Assembly: GCA_038065315.1 (NCBI GenBank)
Contig: JBBTRF010000001.1
Coordinates: forward strand, 464,458-528,457
Direction: 5' to 3'
Source of the DNA: Patescibacteria group bacterium
GTDB taxonomy: Bacteria; Patescibacteriota; Minisyncoccia; Phycocordibacterales; JBBTRF01
DNA length: 64,000 nt
How positions within the stretch are numbered: the first letter of the stretch is position 1; each line of letters starts with the position of its first letter. The notes beneath the pieces are model-generated. The model was not told where the DNA came from. It did not search any database and saw nothing but the letters and a program-made list of their open reading frames with translations. Positions 1 through 8,698 of the stretch are shown one piece after another. The position numbers were made by a program, and so were the translations under genes.

Positions 1-205
1 CCATCATCTTGCCCTTCATCTTGAGAGAGGTAGCGGCCGCGAGGGTCTTCCCTGCCTCATCGTTGATGAGCTGAGCATACACGTACTTGTTTGATCGATA
101 CACAGCGAGACGAGGGCATGATGCGGTGCCAGAAATCTTCGCGCGAATTCGCTTCTGGCGTCGTGCTCGGGTGATCTGTGCAAGTTGTGTTTTGGTAGTA
201 GCCAT
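1..205 (-). CDS. rplR: 50S ribosomal protein L18 (3' end outside window)
   Basis: Manual translation from ATG at 205: [58 protein letters not shown]; follows rplF in spc order. Confidence 0.93.
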   Translation of the reverse strand, partial: MATTKTQLAQITRARRQKRIRAKISGTASCPRLAVYRSNKYVYAQLINDEAGKTLAAATSLKMKGKMM

Positions 206-226
206 GTGAGTGTGAATATGAAGGGA

Positions 227-760
227 TTATGCAGTCTTCTTGCCTTCCTTGCGTCGGATGGTCTCGTCGTCATATCGGATACCTTTGCCCTTGTATGGCT
301 CAGGAACCTTGTTGGCGCGGACCTGCGCGGCAAACTGGCCGACGAGCTCTTTGTCCTGGCCGGTGATAGTGATGAGGTTTTTCTCGGCAGTGACCTTGAG
401 GCCCTTTGGGAGCTTCATGTTCACCGGATGAGAAAAGCCGAGAGACATTGCGAGAGTGTCCCCCTTTACATCAGACTTGTAACCAATGCCTTCGACAATG
501 AGCTTCTTGGTGTAGCCCTTGGTGACGCCTTCCATCATGTTCATGATATGTGAAGACCAAGTGCCCCAAAGCATTTTTGCTTCAGCAGTGGTGTTTTGTG
601 CAGAAACATTCACATGACCATCGGCCACAGCAACGTTGATCAAAGAGTGTATCTCACGAGCAAGCTCACCAAGAGGACCCTTTACGGTCACGACTCGGCC
701 AGCCACAGTAACAGTGGTATTTTCTGGGATAGCGAGAGGTTTTTTGCCGATTCGTGACAT
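227..760 (-). CDS. rplF: 50S ribosomal protein L6
   Basis: MSRIGKKP...PEPYKGKGIRY motifs. Confidence 0.98.
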   Translation of the reverse strand: MSRIGKKPLAIPENTTVTVAGRVVTVKGPLGELAREIHSLINVAVADGHVNVSAQNTTAEAKMLWGTWSSHIMNMMEGVTKGYTKKLIVEGIGYKSDVKGDTLAMSLGFSHPVNMKLPKGLKVTAEKNLITITGQDKELVGQFAAQVRANKVPEPYKGKGIRYDDETIRRKEGKKTA

Positions 761-778
761 GTGAGTATGATTAAATAA

Positions 779-1171
779 TTACCAGATCTTAAAGAGAAGC
801 TCGCCGCCAAGGCCGTCCTTTCGAGCTTGCACGTCGGTCATGACTCCCTTTGAGGTAGAGACAACGAGAGTACCGAAGCCATTCTTCACTCGAGGCAGGT
901 CGGTGGCACCAGCATAGATGCGCTTAGAAGGCTTTGAGATCCGCTCAGCACCGTGCATTCGAGCGAGGTTGCCTGTGTAGACGAGCTTGATCTCGACACT
1001 CCTGATTCCTTTCTTGCCTTTCTTCGTGGCATTCTTCACGTAGCCTTCCTTCTCGAGGAGGTCAGTGACGGCCATCAAAAGATTTGAGTATGGCAAAGTG
1101 ACGAGCTCTTTCTGTGAAGCAGCTGCGTTTTTGATATTTGAAATGTAGTCGCTGAGAGTATCCTTTACCAT
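779..1171 (-). CDS. rpsH: 30S ribosomal protein S8
   Basis: ISKPSKRIY and STSKGVMTD...GGELL motifs. Confidence 0.97.
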   Translation of the reverse strand: MVKDTLSDYISNIKNAAASQKELVTLPYSNLLMAVTDLLEKEGYVKNATKKGKKGIRSVEIKLVYTGNLARMHGAERISKPSKRIYAGATDLPRVKNGFGTLVVSTSKGVMTDVQARKDGLGGELLFKIW

Positions 1172-1350
1172 GATGATTTTTTAATGCCTGGGATCATGCC
1201 TTCGTTCGCGAACTCTCGGAAGCAGATACGGCAGAGACCGAAATCTCGCATAAAGCCTCGCTTTCGACCACAGCGGAAACAGCGTCGAACAATCCGAGTA
1301 GAAAACTTCGGTTTCTTCTGAGATCGTGCGATGACTGATGTTTTCGCCAT
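1165..1350 (-). CDS. rpsN: 30S ribosomal protein S14 (61-aa Zn-binding type Z)
   Basis: MAKTS...RCFRCGR...CRICFRE...KSSW; start reassigned to ATG 1350. Confidence 0.96.
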   Translation of the reverse strand: MAKTSVIARSQKKPKFSTRIVRRCFRCGRKRGFMRDFGLCRICFREFANEGMIPGIKKSSW

Positions 1351-1445
1351 TGTGGATTGATAATTAAAAAAATGAGGCTCTTTGGGAGCGTGGAGACATA
1401 CTAGCAATACGGACTGCCGATGTCAAACCACGCTTCCCTGCTTGA

Positions 1446-2027
1446 TTATTCCTTGGCTTTCCGACCCTTCGCGGCCAGCTTCTTCTCCTCCTCCGGCTTC
1501 ATGAAAGGGATGCCGAGGTATTCGAAGAAGATCTCCGCCGACTTTGCATCCTTCGCCGTGGTGACGATGGTCGCCGCGAAGCCGAAGACGTCCTTGAGCT
1601 CTTCGTCTGAAGTCTCAGGGAAGATGGTGTGCTCGCGGATACCGATGTTGATGTTACCCATCTCATCGATGGCCTTGCGCGCAATACCACGGAAGTCCTT
1701 GGTTCGAGGGAGGGCGATGTTGATGAGCTTGTTGAGGAAGTTCACCATTCGATCGCCTCGGAGGGTCACCTGGTAGCCGGCTGGGTCGCCCTGTCGAGAC
1801 TTGAAGGTCGCGATCGACTTTTTCGCTGTCTTCACCACTACTTTCTGGCCCGCGATGCGGTTCATGCGGTCGGCGATGAGCTCGATCTTCTTCTTGTCCT
1901 TTACAGAACCAATGCCAGACGAAAGCACCACCTTTACGAGCTTTGGTGTTTCCATGATATTCGTAATACCAAGAGCTCCCTTGAGGGTCTCGAATGTCTT
2001 ATTCTGCTTTTCTTTTACTCCGTTCAT
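1446..2027 (-). CDS. rplE: 50S ribosomal protein L5
   Basis: AKKSIATFK, VTLRG, LPRTKDFRG, EHTIFPE motifs. Confidence 0.97.
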   Translation of the reverse strand: MNGVKEKQNKTFETLKGALGITNIMETPKLVKVVLSSGIGSVKDKKKIELIADRMNRIAGQKVVVKTAKKSIATFKSRQGDPAGYQVTLRGDRMVNFLNKLINIALPRTKDFRGIARKAIDEMGNINIGIREHTIFPETSDEELKDVFGFAATIVTTAKDAKSAEIFFEYLGIPFMKPEEEKKLAAKGRKAKE

Positions 2028-2038
2028 GATAGTTATGA

Positions 2039-2269
2039 TTATTTCTTACGAGCTTCGACGAGCTTAACGTTTGAGACGTGAATCGGCATCGCCTTCTCGA
2101 CAATTTCACCCTTTTTGCCATTTCGCTGAGCCTTGATGTGTCGCTTGTGGACATTGACGCCGTCAACCAATACCAAATTCTCCTTTGGCATCGCCTTGAG
2201 GATCTTGCCTTTCTTGCCCTTGTCCTTGCCGGCAATCACTATTACGTTTTCGTCTTTTTTTACGTGCAT
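2039..2269 (-). CDS. rplX: 50S ribosomal protein L24 (short, 76 aa)
   Basis: VIAGKDKGKKG KOW motif, PIHVSNV. Confidence 0.96.
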   Translation of the reverse strand: MHVKKDENVIVIAGKDKGKKGKILKAMPKENLVLVDGVNVHKRHIKAQRNGKKGEIVEKAMPIHVSNVKLVEARKK

Positions 2270-2290
2270 TGGAGTATGGTTATGGTCTCG

Positions 2291-2662
2291 TTATACGATT
2301 TCTGGGGCCAAAGAAGCGATCTTCTGGAAACCCTTTTCCGCGATTTCTCGAGGGATAGGACCGAAGACACGGCCGCCGATTGGCTCCATCTTTTCTCGCT
2401 CGATGATCACCACAGCGTTCTCATCGAATCGGATGTATGAACCGTCCTTGCGTCGGAATGGGTTGCGCTGTCGCACGACCACTGCTCGAAGAACATCCTT
2501 CTTCTTGATCGCCTTTCGAGGCTCTGCCTTCTGCACAGAGAGGATCACGAGCTCACCGATCTGGGCGTATCGCTTCCCCGCGCTGCCGAGCACTTTGAAG
2601 ATACGGCCGATCTTCGCGCCGGTGTTGTCTGCAATAGTTACGATTGAGCGTGGTTGGATCAT
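2291..2662 (-). CDS. rplN: 50S ribosomal protein L14
   Basis: MIQ...ADNTGAK...RFDENAVV...SLAPEIV. Confidence 0.98.
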   Translation of the reverse strand: MIQPRSIVTIADNTGAKIGRIFKVLGSAGKRYAQIGELVILSVQKAEPRKAIKKKDVLRAVVVRQRNPFRRKDGSYIRFDENAVVIIEREKMEPIGGRVFGPIPREIAEKGFQKIASLAPEIV

Positions 2663-2671
2663 GGAAGTGTA

Positions 2672-2965
2672 TTAAATAACGCGGAAATGCTTATTCTTCG
2701 AGATCGGTCGAGTCTCGATGATAGTGACAGTATCGCCGATCTTCTTGGTGTTGCCTGCATCGTGTGCCTGGAATCGCTTGGTGCTCTTCATGTACTTGCC
2801 GTACTTTGGCATTTTGTTGAAGGTATCGACAGCGACGACAATAGTGTCCTTCATTTTGTCAGACACGACCTTGCCGGTGAGAGTCTTCGGCTTCGATACA
2901 ACCGCAGCCGCAGGAGCGGTGCCCTGGGAGACTTTGGTTGCTTTGATTTTAGTGTTCTTTTCCAT
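2672..2965 (-). CDS. rpsQ: 30S ribosomal protein S17
   Basis: GKVVSDKMKDTIVV...ETRPISKNK. Confidence 0.97.
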   Translation of the reverse strand: MEKNTKIKATKVSQGTAPAAAVVSKPKTLTGKVVSDKMKDTIVVAVDTFNKMPKYGKYMKSTKRFQAHDAGNTKKIGDTVTIIETRPISKNKHFRVI

Positions 2966-2970
2966 GAAAA

Positions 2971-3240
2971 TTATTTAACGGTAACTTTAGCAACCTTGGC
3001 CTTCGCCGCCTTCTTTGACGCAGCAACTGCCTTTGGAGCAACTGGGACGACAGGCGTAGCATTGTTTCGCGCAGAGACCTCGGTGAGAAGTCGAGCAATG
3101 TCCTTTCGGAGATTTCGGCCAGCCTTCACATCCTTGAGCTTGCTACCAGAAGAGCCAAGTCGAAACTCCTTCAAAGCCACTCGCTTCTCATCGATGGTCT
3201 TCAAAATTTCTTTGTCGCTGATTTTCTTGATTTCTTTCAT
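2971..3240 (-). CDS. rpmC: 50S ribosomal protein L29 with Lys/Ala-rich C-terminal extension
   Basis: LRKDIARLLT motif; lies between rplP and rpsQ. Confidence 0.93.
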   Translation of the reverse strand: MKEIKKISDKEILKTIDEKRVALKEFRLGSSGSKLKDVKAGRNLRKDIARLLTEVSARNNATPVVPVAPKAVAASKKAAKAKVAKVTVK

Positions 3241-3245
3241 GGGAG

Positions 3246-3662
3246 TTATCGTGAAATGACCTTAGACTTCAATGGGAGCTTGGTGCCTGCCTTTCGAAGA
3301 GCCTCCTTTGCTTCGGTGTCGACAACACCGTCCACCTCAAAGATGATACGACCTGCCTTCACTTCTGCACAGTATCCCTGTGGCTCACCCTTTCCGGAAC
3401 CCATCGGCACTTCAGCGGCCTTTGCGGTATATGGCATGTCTGGGAAAATGCGAATCCACACCTTTCCTGACTTTCCAGCAAATCGAGAGATCACCTTTCG
3501 TGCTGCTTCGATCTGGTTTGAGGTTACTCGCGCAGGGGTCATCGCCTTGAGGCCAAATGATCCAAATGCCAAAGCAATGCCTCGAGTCTCGATGAAAGGC
3601 TTAGCGTAGTTTCGGCGCATTCGGTGCCACTTGCGATGTTTTACTTTCTTTGGGAGTAACAT
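3246..3662 (-). CDS. rplP: 50S ribosomal protein L16
   Basis: MLLPKKVKHRK...WIRIFPD...MGSGKG. Confidence 0.98.
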   Translation of the reverse strand: MLLPKKVKHRKWHRMRRNYAKPFIETRGIALAFGSFGLKAMTPARVTSNQIEAARKVISRFAGKSGKVWIRIFPDMPYTAKAAEVPMGSGKGEPQGYCAEVKAGRIIFEVDGVVDTEAKEALRKAGTKLPLKSKVISR

Positions 3663-3673
3663 GGGAGTGTTGG

Positions 3674-4369
3674 TTAGTTCTGATTGTGGTTAGGCTTCGC
3701 CGCCTTTGCCTTCTCAGCAAAGATCTCACCTCGGTAGATCCACACCTTGATGCCGATGTCGCCATAGGTCATGTGCGCCTTTTCACGCTTGAAATCTACA
3801 TCGGCTCGCAAGGTCTGGAGAGGAACTCGGCCACGCTTGAGCTCTTCCTGTCGGGCCATATCGGCACCGCCAAGTCGGCCAGTGAGATAGATCTTCACTC
3901 CCAAGACGTCTCGGTTTGCCATCACCTTCTCAATGGTCTGCTTCATGACGCGTCGGAATGGGAGGCGCTTCTCGAGGCCTTCTGCCACAGTGTAGGCAAC
4001 GATGGCTGCATTAGACTCAGGAGATCGGACCTCTTCGATGTCGAGCTTGAGCTCTGGAGGCATTGCAAGCTTGTTCTTCTTGATGAAATTGAGGATGTCG
4101 TTTCGCAACGCGGTGGCACCTTCTCCACTCTTGCCGATGAGCATACCTGGTCGAGAAGTCTTGATGACCACGCGAAGGTTTTTAGAATTTCGCTCGATAT
4201 CTACGCCAGCAGTATAAAAACCACGGAGTTTCTTGTCCAAATATTCACGAAGAGTGACGTCGCACTTGAGGTACGATACGTACTTTGTCTTGTCCGCGCC
4301 GAACCAGCGAGACTTCCAGTCTCGGATGATTCCCAATCGATGTGCATATGGATGGACGACGTGTGACAT
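3674..4369 (-). CDS. rpsC: 30S ribosomal protein S3
   Basis: HPYAHRLG, RPGMLIGK, GRVPLQTLRAD, GIKVWIY. Confidence 0.98.
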   Translation of the reverse strand: MSHVVHPYAHRLGIIRDWKSRWFGADKTKYVSYLKCDVTLREYLDKKLRGFYTAGVDIERNSKNLRVVIKTSRPGMLIGKSGEGATALRNDILNFIKKNKLAMPPELKLDIEEVRSPESNAAIVAYTVAEGLEKRLPFRRVMKQTIEKVMANRDVLGVKIYLTGRLGGADMARQEELKRGRVPLQTLRADVDFKREKAHMTYGDIGIKVWIYRGEIFAEKAKAAKPNHNQN

Positions 4370-4373
4370 GTGA

Positions 4374-4787
4374 TTATTTGCTATCTTTGTTAGTTTTTGG
4401 AGCCGCTTTTACCGCGCTCGCTGTCTTCGCGGCCTTTGTCACCTTTTTTGGCTTCTCTGCCACGACATCCAAGACCAAAGTGACGTGGCTTGAGTGCTTG
4501 TGGATCGGGAAAGCGCTACCACGAGCTCGAGGCATGCTGCGCTTCATGATGGTGCCGCCATTGACCTGCACGTTTTTGATGAAAAGGTTCTCTGCAGAGA
4601 GATTGAAGTTGGTCTTCGCGTTGGCCACAGCAGAAGCAATGAGCTTCTTCATTGGACCAGAAGCTTCCTTCACGAGGAAATCAAGCATGGTCATCGCATC
4701 GCCTACTTTCTTGCCCTTTACGAGATTCGCCACGAGACGAACCTTTCGCGGAGCCTGTCGATAATCGTTGAGTGATGCGGTAACCAT
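4374..4787 (-). CDS. rplV: 50S ribosomal protein L22
   Basis: RQAPRKVRLVA, SAVANA, PRARGSA. Confidence 0.97.
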   Translation of the reverse strand: MVTASLNDYRQAPRKVRLVANLVKGKKVGDAMTMLDFLVKEASGPMKKLIASAVANAKTNFNLSAENLFIKNVQVNGGTIMKRSMPRARGSAFPIHKHSSHVTLVLDVVAEKPKKVTKAAKTASAVKAAPKTNKDSK

Positions 4788-4823
4788 TGGAGTATTGATA
4801 AAATGAAGGATGATTATGCTGGA

Positions 4824-5165
4824 TTATTTCTTTTCTGCCACGGTGGCCTTAGCGGTCTGGGCAGCTGCGATCTCAGCCTCCTTCTTCTTGGCCTCAAGCT
4901 CCTTCTGCATCTTACCTCCGTGTCGTACAAACTTTCGGGTAAGCGCAAATTCACCGAGGCGGTGACCTACCATTTCCTCGGTGACAAGCACTTCAATATG
5001 ATCTTTGCCATTGTGGACGCCAAACTTATATCCCACCATTTCCGGTGAAATCTGGCTGTCTCGAGCCCAGGTCTTAATAACCCCAGCTTGTTCTGGCTTC
5101 TTGCCGGCGATCTTCTTGAGAAGAATCTCCGCTACATATGGTCCTTTTGCGAGTGATCGGGTCAT
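4824..5165 (-). CDS. rpsS: 30S ribosomal protein S19
   Basis: [10 protein letters not shown]...HNGK...[13 protein letters not shown]; start reassigned to ATG 5165. Confidence 0.97.
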   Translation of the reverse strand: MTRSLAKGPYVAEILLKKIAGKKPEQAGVIKTWARDSQISPEMVGYKFGVHNGKDHIEVLVTEEMVGHRLGEFALTRKFVRHGGKMQKELEAKKKEAEIAAAQTAKATVAEKK

Positions 5166-5203
5166 GAATGAATGAAAACAGCTCACCTGAGCCATGGCTT
5201 AGT

Positions 5204-5231
5204 ATCTTAGCAGAAGCATATATAATGTCAA
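5204..5231 (-). promoter_or_regulatory. sigma70-type promoter restarting the S10 operon at rpsS
   Basis: TTGACA (5231-5226), 16 nt, TAAGAT (5209-5204). Confidence 0.7.
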
Positions 5232-5339
5232 CCCGCCGCCCCGCTCCCTTCGGGCACGCGTCAAAACTCTGCTGAGTTTTGCACTCACTCTCAGGCCGTC
5301 GCCTTCCGAGAGACCCTCAGGGAGCGAGGCGGCGGGTTG
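5229..5339 (-). repeat. Structured intergenic element, copy E1 of 5
   Basis: 21-bp terminal inverted repeat enclosing a GACG-loop hairpin and an AGCA-loop hairpin. Confidence 0.8.
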
Positions 5340-5445
5340 TTCATTGTGCAACAATTAGTGTCGTTTTACCGAGAGCGGAATGAAATTGTTATGAAGATTT
5401 TGCTTGTAAGTAGCCGTACTGGTTATATATAGTTACGGGTGCTAG

Positions 5446-5940
5446 ATGATGAAGAAACCCGCAAATAACTATGCTTTTATAGATAGCCAGAATCTGAATT
5501 TGGGTGTACTTGGTCTTGGTTGGAGGCTTGATTTTTCGCGCTTTCGAGTCTATCTGAAAGATAAGTATGATGTGTCTAGTGCCTTTATTTTTATAGGATA
5601 CGTACCCGGGAATGAGAGGTTGTACTCTTACCTCCAAAAATCTGGCTATATTTGTATTTTTAAACCCACCCTGGAATTACCTGATGGGGCAGTGAAAGGC
5701 AATGTCGACGCCGAACTCGTACTGAACACCATGATTGAGCTTCCAAATTTCGACAAAGCAGTGGTCGTTTCTGGGGACGGTGACTTCTACTGCCTGGCAC
5801 GACACCTTATTTCGAATAGAAAATGTGAAGCGATCATTGTACCGAACAAATACAAATACTCTGCTCTCTTGAGATTCAAAGACATTAAGCCCTACCTCCG
5901 TTTCATAAACGACCTGCAAAACAAGCTTGAGAAAAAATAA
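5446..5940 (+). CDS. NYN-domain (PIN-like) ribonuclease
   Basis: FIDSQNL, KGNVDAELV, VSGDGDF acidic NYN motifs. Confidence 0.9.
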   Translation: MMKKPANNYAFIDSQNLNLGVLGLGWRLDFSRFRVYLKDKYDVSSAFIFIGYVPGNERLYSYLQKSGYICIFKPTLELPDGAVKGNVDAELVLNTMIELPNFDKAVVVSGDGDFYCLARHLISNRKCEAIIVPNKYKYSALLRFKDIKPYLRFINDLQNKLEKK

Positions 5941-5996
5941 AAGAAAAGGCCCCGCAAGGACGGAACCTTGAAGGGTGATCTTTTCCATTCGTGATA
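5935..5996 (-). ncRNA. Candidate ~60-nt sRNA convergent on the NYN gene
   Basis: Own promoter TTGACT (6030-6025), 16 nt, TG-n-TAGAAT (6008-6003); stem-loop CAAGG-TTCCGT-CCTTG inside a GAAAAG/CTTTTC stem, then a U-tract. Confidence 0.5.
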
Positions 5997-6035
5997 TTGA
6001 TAATTCTATCAAACTCAAGAAAGGAGTCAAGGCGA

Positions 6036-6173
6036 TGAAGTAGCCCAAGTATCTACCCCCAGAGAGACCCCTATTCCGACTTTCGCCAGAGATACTCTCA
6101 TCGTTTCCCTTTCGAGAAACCGCAGTGGACGGGGATTTTCTGACCTTTAGAAGTAGATACTTGGGCTATTTCA
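6036..6173 (-). repeat. Long inverted-repeat element with two internal GAAA-tetraloop hairpins
   Basis: TGAAGTAGCCCAAGTATCTAC ... GTAGATACTTGGGCTATTTCA; minus strand has GTTTCTC-GAAA-GGGAAAC and TCTGGC-GAAA-GTCGGA. Confidence 0.7.
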
Positions 6174-6232
6174 ATTCGCTTTTCTATACCTAAGGCATAT
6201 ACCAAAAGTAGCCGAGCGGTCAAGTGTCGCGA

Positions 6233-6502
6233 TTAGGAAAGTAGGTGTTTTGTTAATTCCTCAGCATTCTTGTACCGCTTCCCATGCTTCTCCGCCCATT
6301 CGGTCTCCTTGATCATTCGCGCTTCCTGGCCAGGAGTAAAACCATTAACAGTCCTGATCTCAAAAGGAATCGACTTGGTGCGAGATACCGTACGAAGAAA
6401 CAACTTCATCGCGGAAGACATGTCCAAACCAAGCTCGGCAAGCACCTTTTGAGCGCTTACTTTGGTCGCCTTATCGATACGAAGTTGAATAGTGGTGTTC
6501 AT
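6233..6502 (-). CDS. RelB/DinJ-family antitoxin (no adjacent toxin)
   Basis: IQLRIDKATK...LGLDMSSAMKLFL...IPFEI ribbon-helix-helix pattern; leaderless ATG 6 nt after TATACT. Confidence 0.88.
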   Translation of the reverse strand: MNTTIQLRIDKATKVSAQKVLAELGLDMSSAMKLFLRTVSRTKSIPFEIRTVNGFTPGQEARMIKETEWAEKHGKRYKNAEELTKHLLS

Positions 6503-6540
6503 CACTCTAGTATAGACAATGTCACTACTTTGTCAATACG

Positions 6541-7428
6541 TTAGATATTCTTTGAAAAAAGGATCTTTGAGTCGAAATCTGCTATCTCATTTACTGCCTT
6601 CGATGTAGACCGGACAAACTCCGTCTCATCTTTTCTCGAATGTCCTTCCATCTTCCAGCGTAGGGAGACAAGAAGTCTGATTAGCACGAGGGTCTGGATA
6701 TCACGCATGGCCCCGGCCAACTCACTTTCGCCATACTCATATCCCTTAAGAAAAATGGCGATGTTCTCTTTGCCGGTATTCCAAGTAAATAGATCCGTAA
6801 GTTCCCCATGAGGCGCCCGGTGCCCACAAGAAGTTCCCCAATCCACAAGATAAATGGCTCCTGAAGGATGCACAACAACATTACTCAAATGAAGATTGCC
6901 ATGACACAATGTTGGGGCATATTGCCAAGAGCGGACTTCATTCACCCTCTTTTTAATACTCAAGAGTTTCTCACTGGAAAACACGCCTGCACTTTGGAAA
7001 AAGTTGTCTCCAAAAAGCTTGTCGTCAACATAATCAAGATCAAACTTGCAATCCGGTGCTGGGATGGCATTGAATTTCTTGGCATACTGACCTAAAGTAA
7101 GCCAAATTCTCCCTGCCTCCTTTGGCAAATCCCTACCATCAACACCCTCAATGAATTCTTGGAACGAGAATGAGTGCCCTACCTCCTCCCCTATCGCAAT
7201 ACACTTCGGGGTCGGAATATTTATCTTGGAAACCTCATCCATGCACCACTTCTCTCTTTGGTAGGTTTTGAGGGCCTTTCCACCTTTCTGCATCCGCAAG
7301 ATATAATCCACACCATTTACAGTAACCTTGCAGACAAGATTCACCACCCCCTTACCCCTAATCTCCTCGATCGATGAGGGTAGCACCCCGAAGACCTTCT
7401 TGGTAATTTGATCAACGACTTCTTTCAT
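6541..7428 (-). CDS. Aminoglycoside phosphotransferase/kinase-like protein
   Basis: G-rich N-lobe, LCHGNLHLSN and LVDWG motifs; low GC relative to flanks. Confidence 0.8.
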   Translation of the reverse strand: MKEVVDQITKKVFGVLPSSIEEIRGKGVVNLVCKVTVNGVDYILRMQKGGKALKTYQREKWCMDEVSKINIPTPKCIAIGEEVGHSFSFQEFIEGVDGRDLPKEAGRIWLTLGQYAKKFNAIPAPDCKFDLDYVDDKLFGDNFFQSAGVFSSEKLLSIKKRVNEVRSWQYAPTLCHGNLHLSNVVVHPSGAIYLVDWGTSCGHRAPHGELTDLFTWNTGKENIAIFLKGYEYGESELAGAMRDIQTLVLIRLLVSLRWKMEGHSRKDETEFVRSTSKAVNEIADFDSKILFSKNI

Positions 7429-7483
7429 ATATTTCTCTTTTATTTGCACTAATCGTATCACAAAGTGTTAACGCCAGGGCTGT

Positions 7484-7529
7484 GTAGCCAAAAGAAAAAT
7501 CCCCTCTCGGGGATTTTTCTTTTGGCTAC
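7484..7529. terminator. Long palindromic bidirectional terminator after rplB
   Basis: GTAGCCAAAAGAAAAATCCCC-TCTC-GGGGATTTTTCTTTTGGCTAC. Confidence 0.8.
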
Positions 7530-8377
7530 TAAGCCTCCTTCTTCTTCCCAACCTTTCGTCGAGAGACGATAAACTGATTTGAGTATCGCTTTGGAGTTCG
7601 AGTCTTCTGACCCTTACCTGAAGGCTTACCCCACATGGTCTTCGCTCGGCGGAGACCTCGGCCCTGCTTACCTTCTCCTCCTCCGTATGGGTGGTCTACT
7701 GGGTTCATCACCATACCTCGGACAGTCGGTCGAATACCCATCCATCGAGATCGTCCTGCCTTGCCAATGTTCACGAGCCAATTTTCATCATTTGAAACAG
7801 TACCGATAGAACCCCAAGCGGTGTCGAGCACCTTTCGTACTTCGGTAGAAGGCATCTTGAGGTGAGTCATGCCAGCATCCTGTGCGATCACCTGGATAAA
7901 GTTGCCGGCTGATCGTCCGAGCTGTGCGACGCCACTTGGCTGGATAGACACGCTGTGCACAAAGGCGCCAACAGGAATGTTCTTCAAAAGAGTTCGGTTG
8001 CCAGTCTTGAGCTCCGCCTTTTCTGAGACAATAATGCTGTCCCCCACCTTGAGATCCTTTGGAGAAAGGATGTAGCGCTTCTCGCCATCCTTGTAACACA
8101 CGAGCGCAATGAAACCGGTGCGGTTTGGATCGTACTCAATGGTCTGCACTACAGCAGGAATATCTTTCTTATCGAAAACAAAGTCAACGTGTCGATAGAG
8201 TCGCTTGTGTCCACCGCCCTTATGTCGCACAGTGATGCGGCCGTCGGAGTTGCGCCCGACTCGATGCTTGAAACCAGAGACGAGCGCCTTATGAGGAGTG
8301 TCAGTGGTCAAGTGCTCGCTGTATGACACAGTGGTCATACCTCGGCGAGATTTGGTGAATGGTTTATAGTGTTTCAT
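7529..8377 (-). CDS. rplB: 50S ribosomal protein L2
   Basis: GRITVRHKGGGHKRLYR, EYDPNRT, MNPVDHPYGGGEG. Confidence 0.99.
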   Translation of the reverse strand: MKHYKPFTKSRRGMTTVSYSEHLTTDTPHKALVSGFKHRVGRNSDGRITVRHKGGGHKRLYRHVDFVFDKKDIPAVVQTIEYDPNRTGFIALVCYKDGEKRYILSPKDLKVGDSIIVSEKAELKTGNRTLLKNIPVGAFVHSVSIQPSGVAQLGRSAGNFIQVIAQDAGMTHLKMPSTEVRKVLDTAWGSIGTVSNDENWLVNIGKAGRSRWMGIRPTVRGMVMNPVDHPYGGGEGKQGRGLRRAKTMWGKPSGKGQKTRTPKRYSNQFIVSRRKVGKKKEA

Positions 8378-8400
8378 TGGAGTATTTGGTGGTGCGACGA

Positions 8401-8697
8401 TTATACAAATTCAATGGTCTCCTTCTTGCCGAGGGTGACGTAGGCCTTCTTGCCTCCCTGCTTTACGCCTGCCTTGCCTCGGACAAAAGATCGCTTTGAA
8501 GGTACCGCGAGGATCTTTACGTCGATCGGAGTCACCTTGTACAAGGTCTTGATCGCAGCCTTGATAGATGCCACGTTGGCACTCTGGGTCACGTTGAAGG
8601 TGTAGACCTTCTTCTCGGCCAAGCGAGCGGCCTTCTCGGTGATGCGTGGGCCGAGGATGACAGATACTGGGTCGTGTTTTACGGTAATGGTAGTCAT
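8401..8697 (-). CDS. rplW: 50S ribosomal protein L23
   Basis: PRITEKA...KKAYVTL. Confidence 0.97.
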   Translation of the reverse strand: MTTITVKHDPVSVILGPRITEKAARLAEKKVYTFNVTQSANVASIKAAIKTLYKVTPIDVKILAVPSKRSFVRGKAGVKQGGKKAYVTLGKKETIEFV

Positions 8698-8698
8698 G

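Noticed and set aside
6066-6125. GATGAG...CGAAA on the minus strand as a possible hammerhead
   Set aside because: Lacks the CUGA core; the GAAA stretches are tetraloops.
6196-6211. CATATACCAAA(A)GTA similar to the start region of the antitoxin at 25160
   Set aside because: Too short to call a duplication, and the ATG is followed by a stop after two codons.
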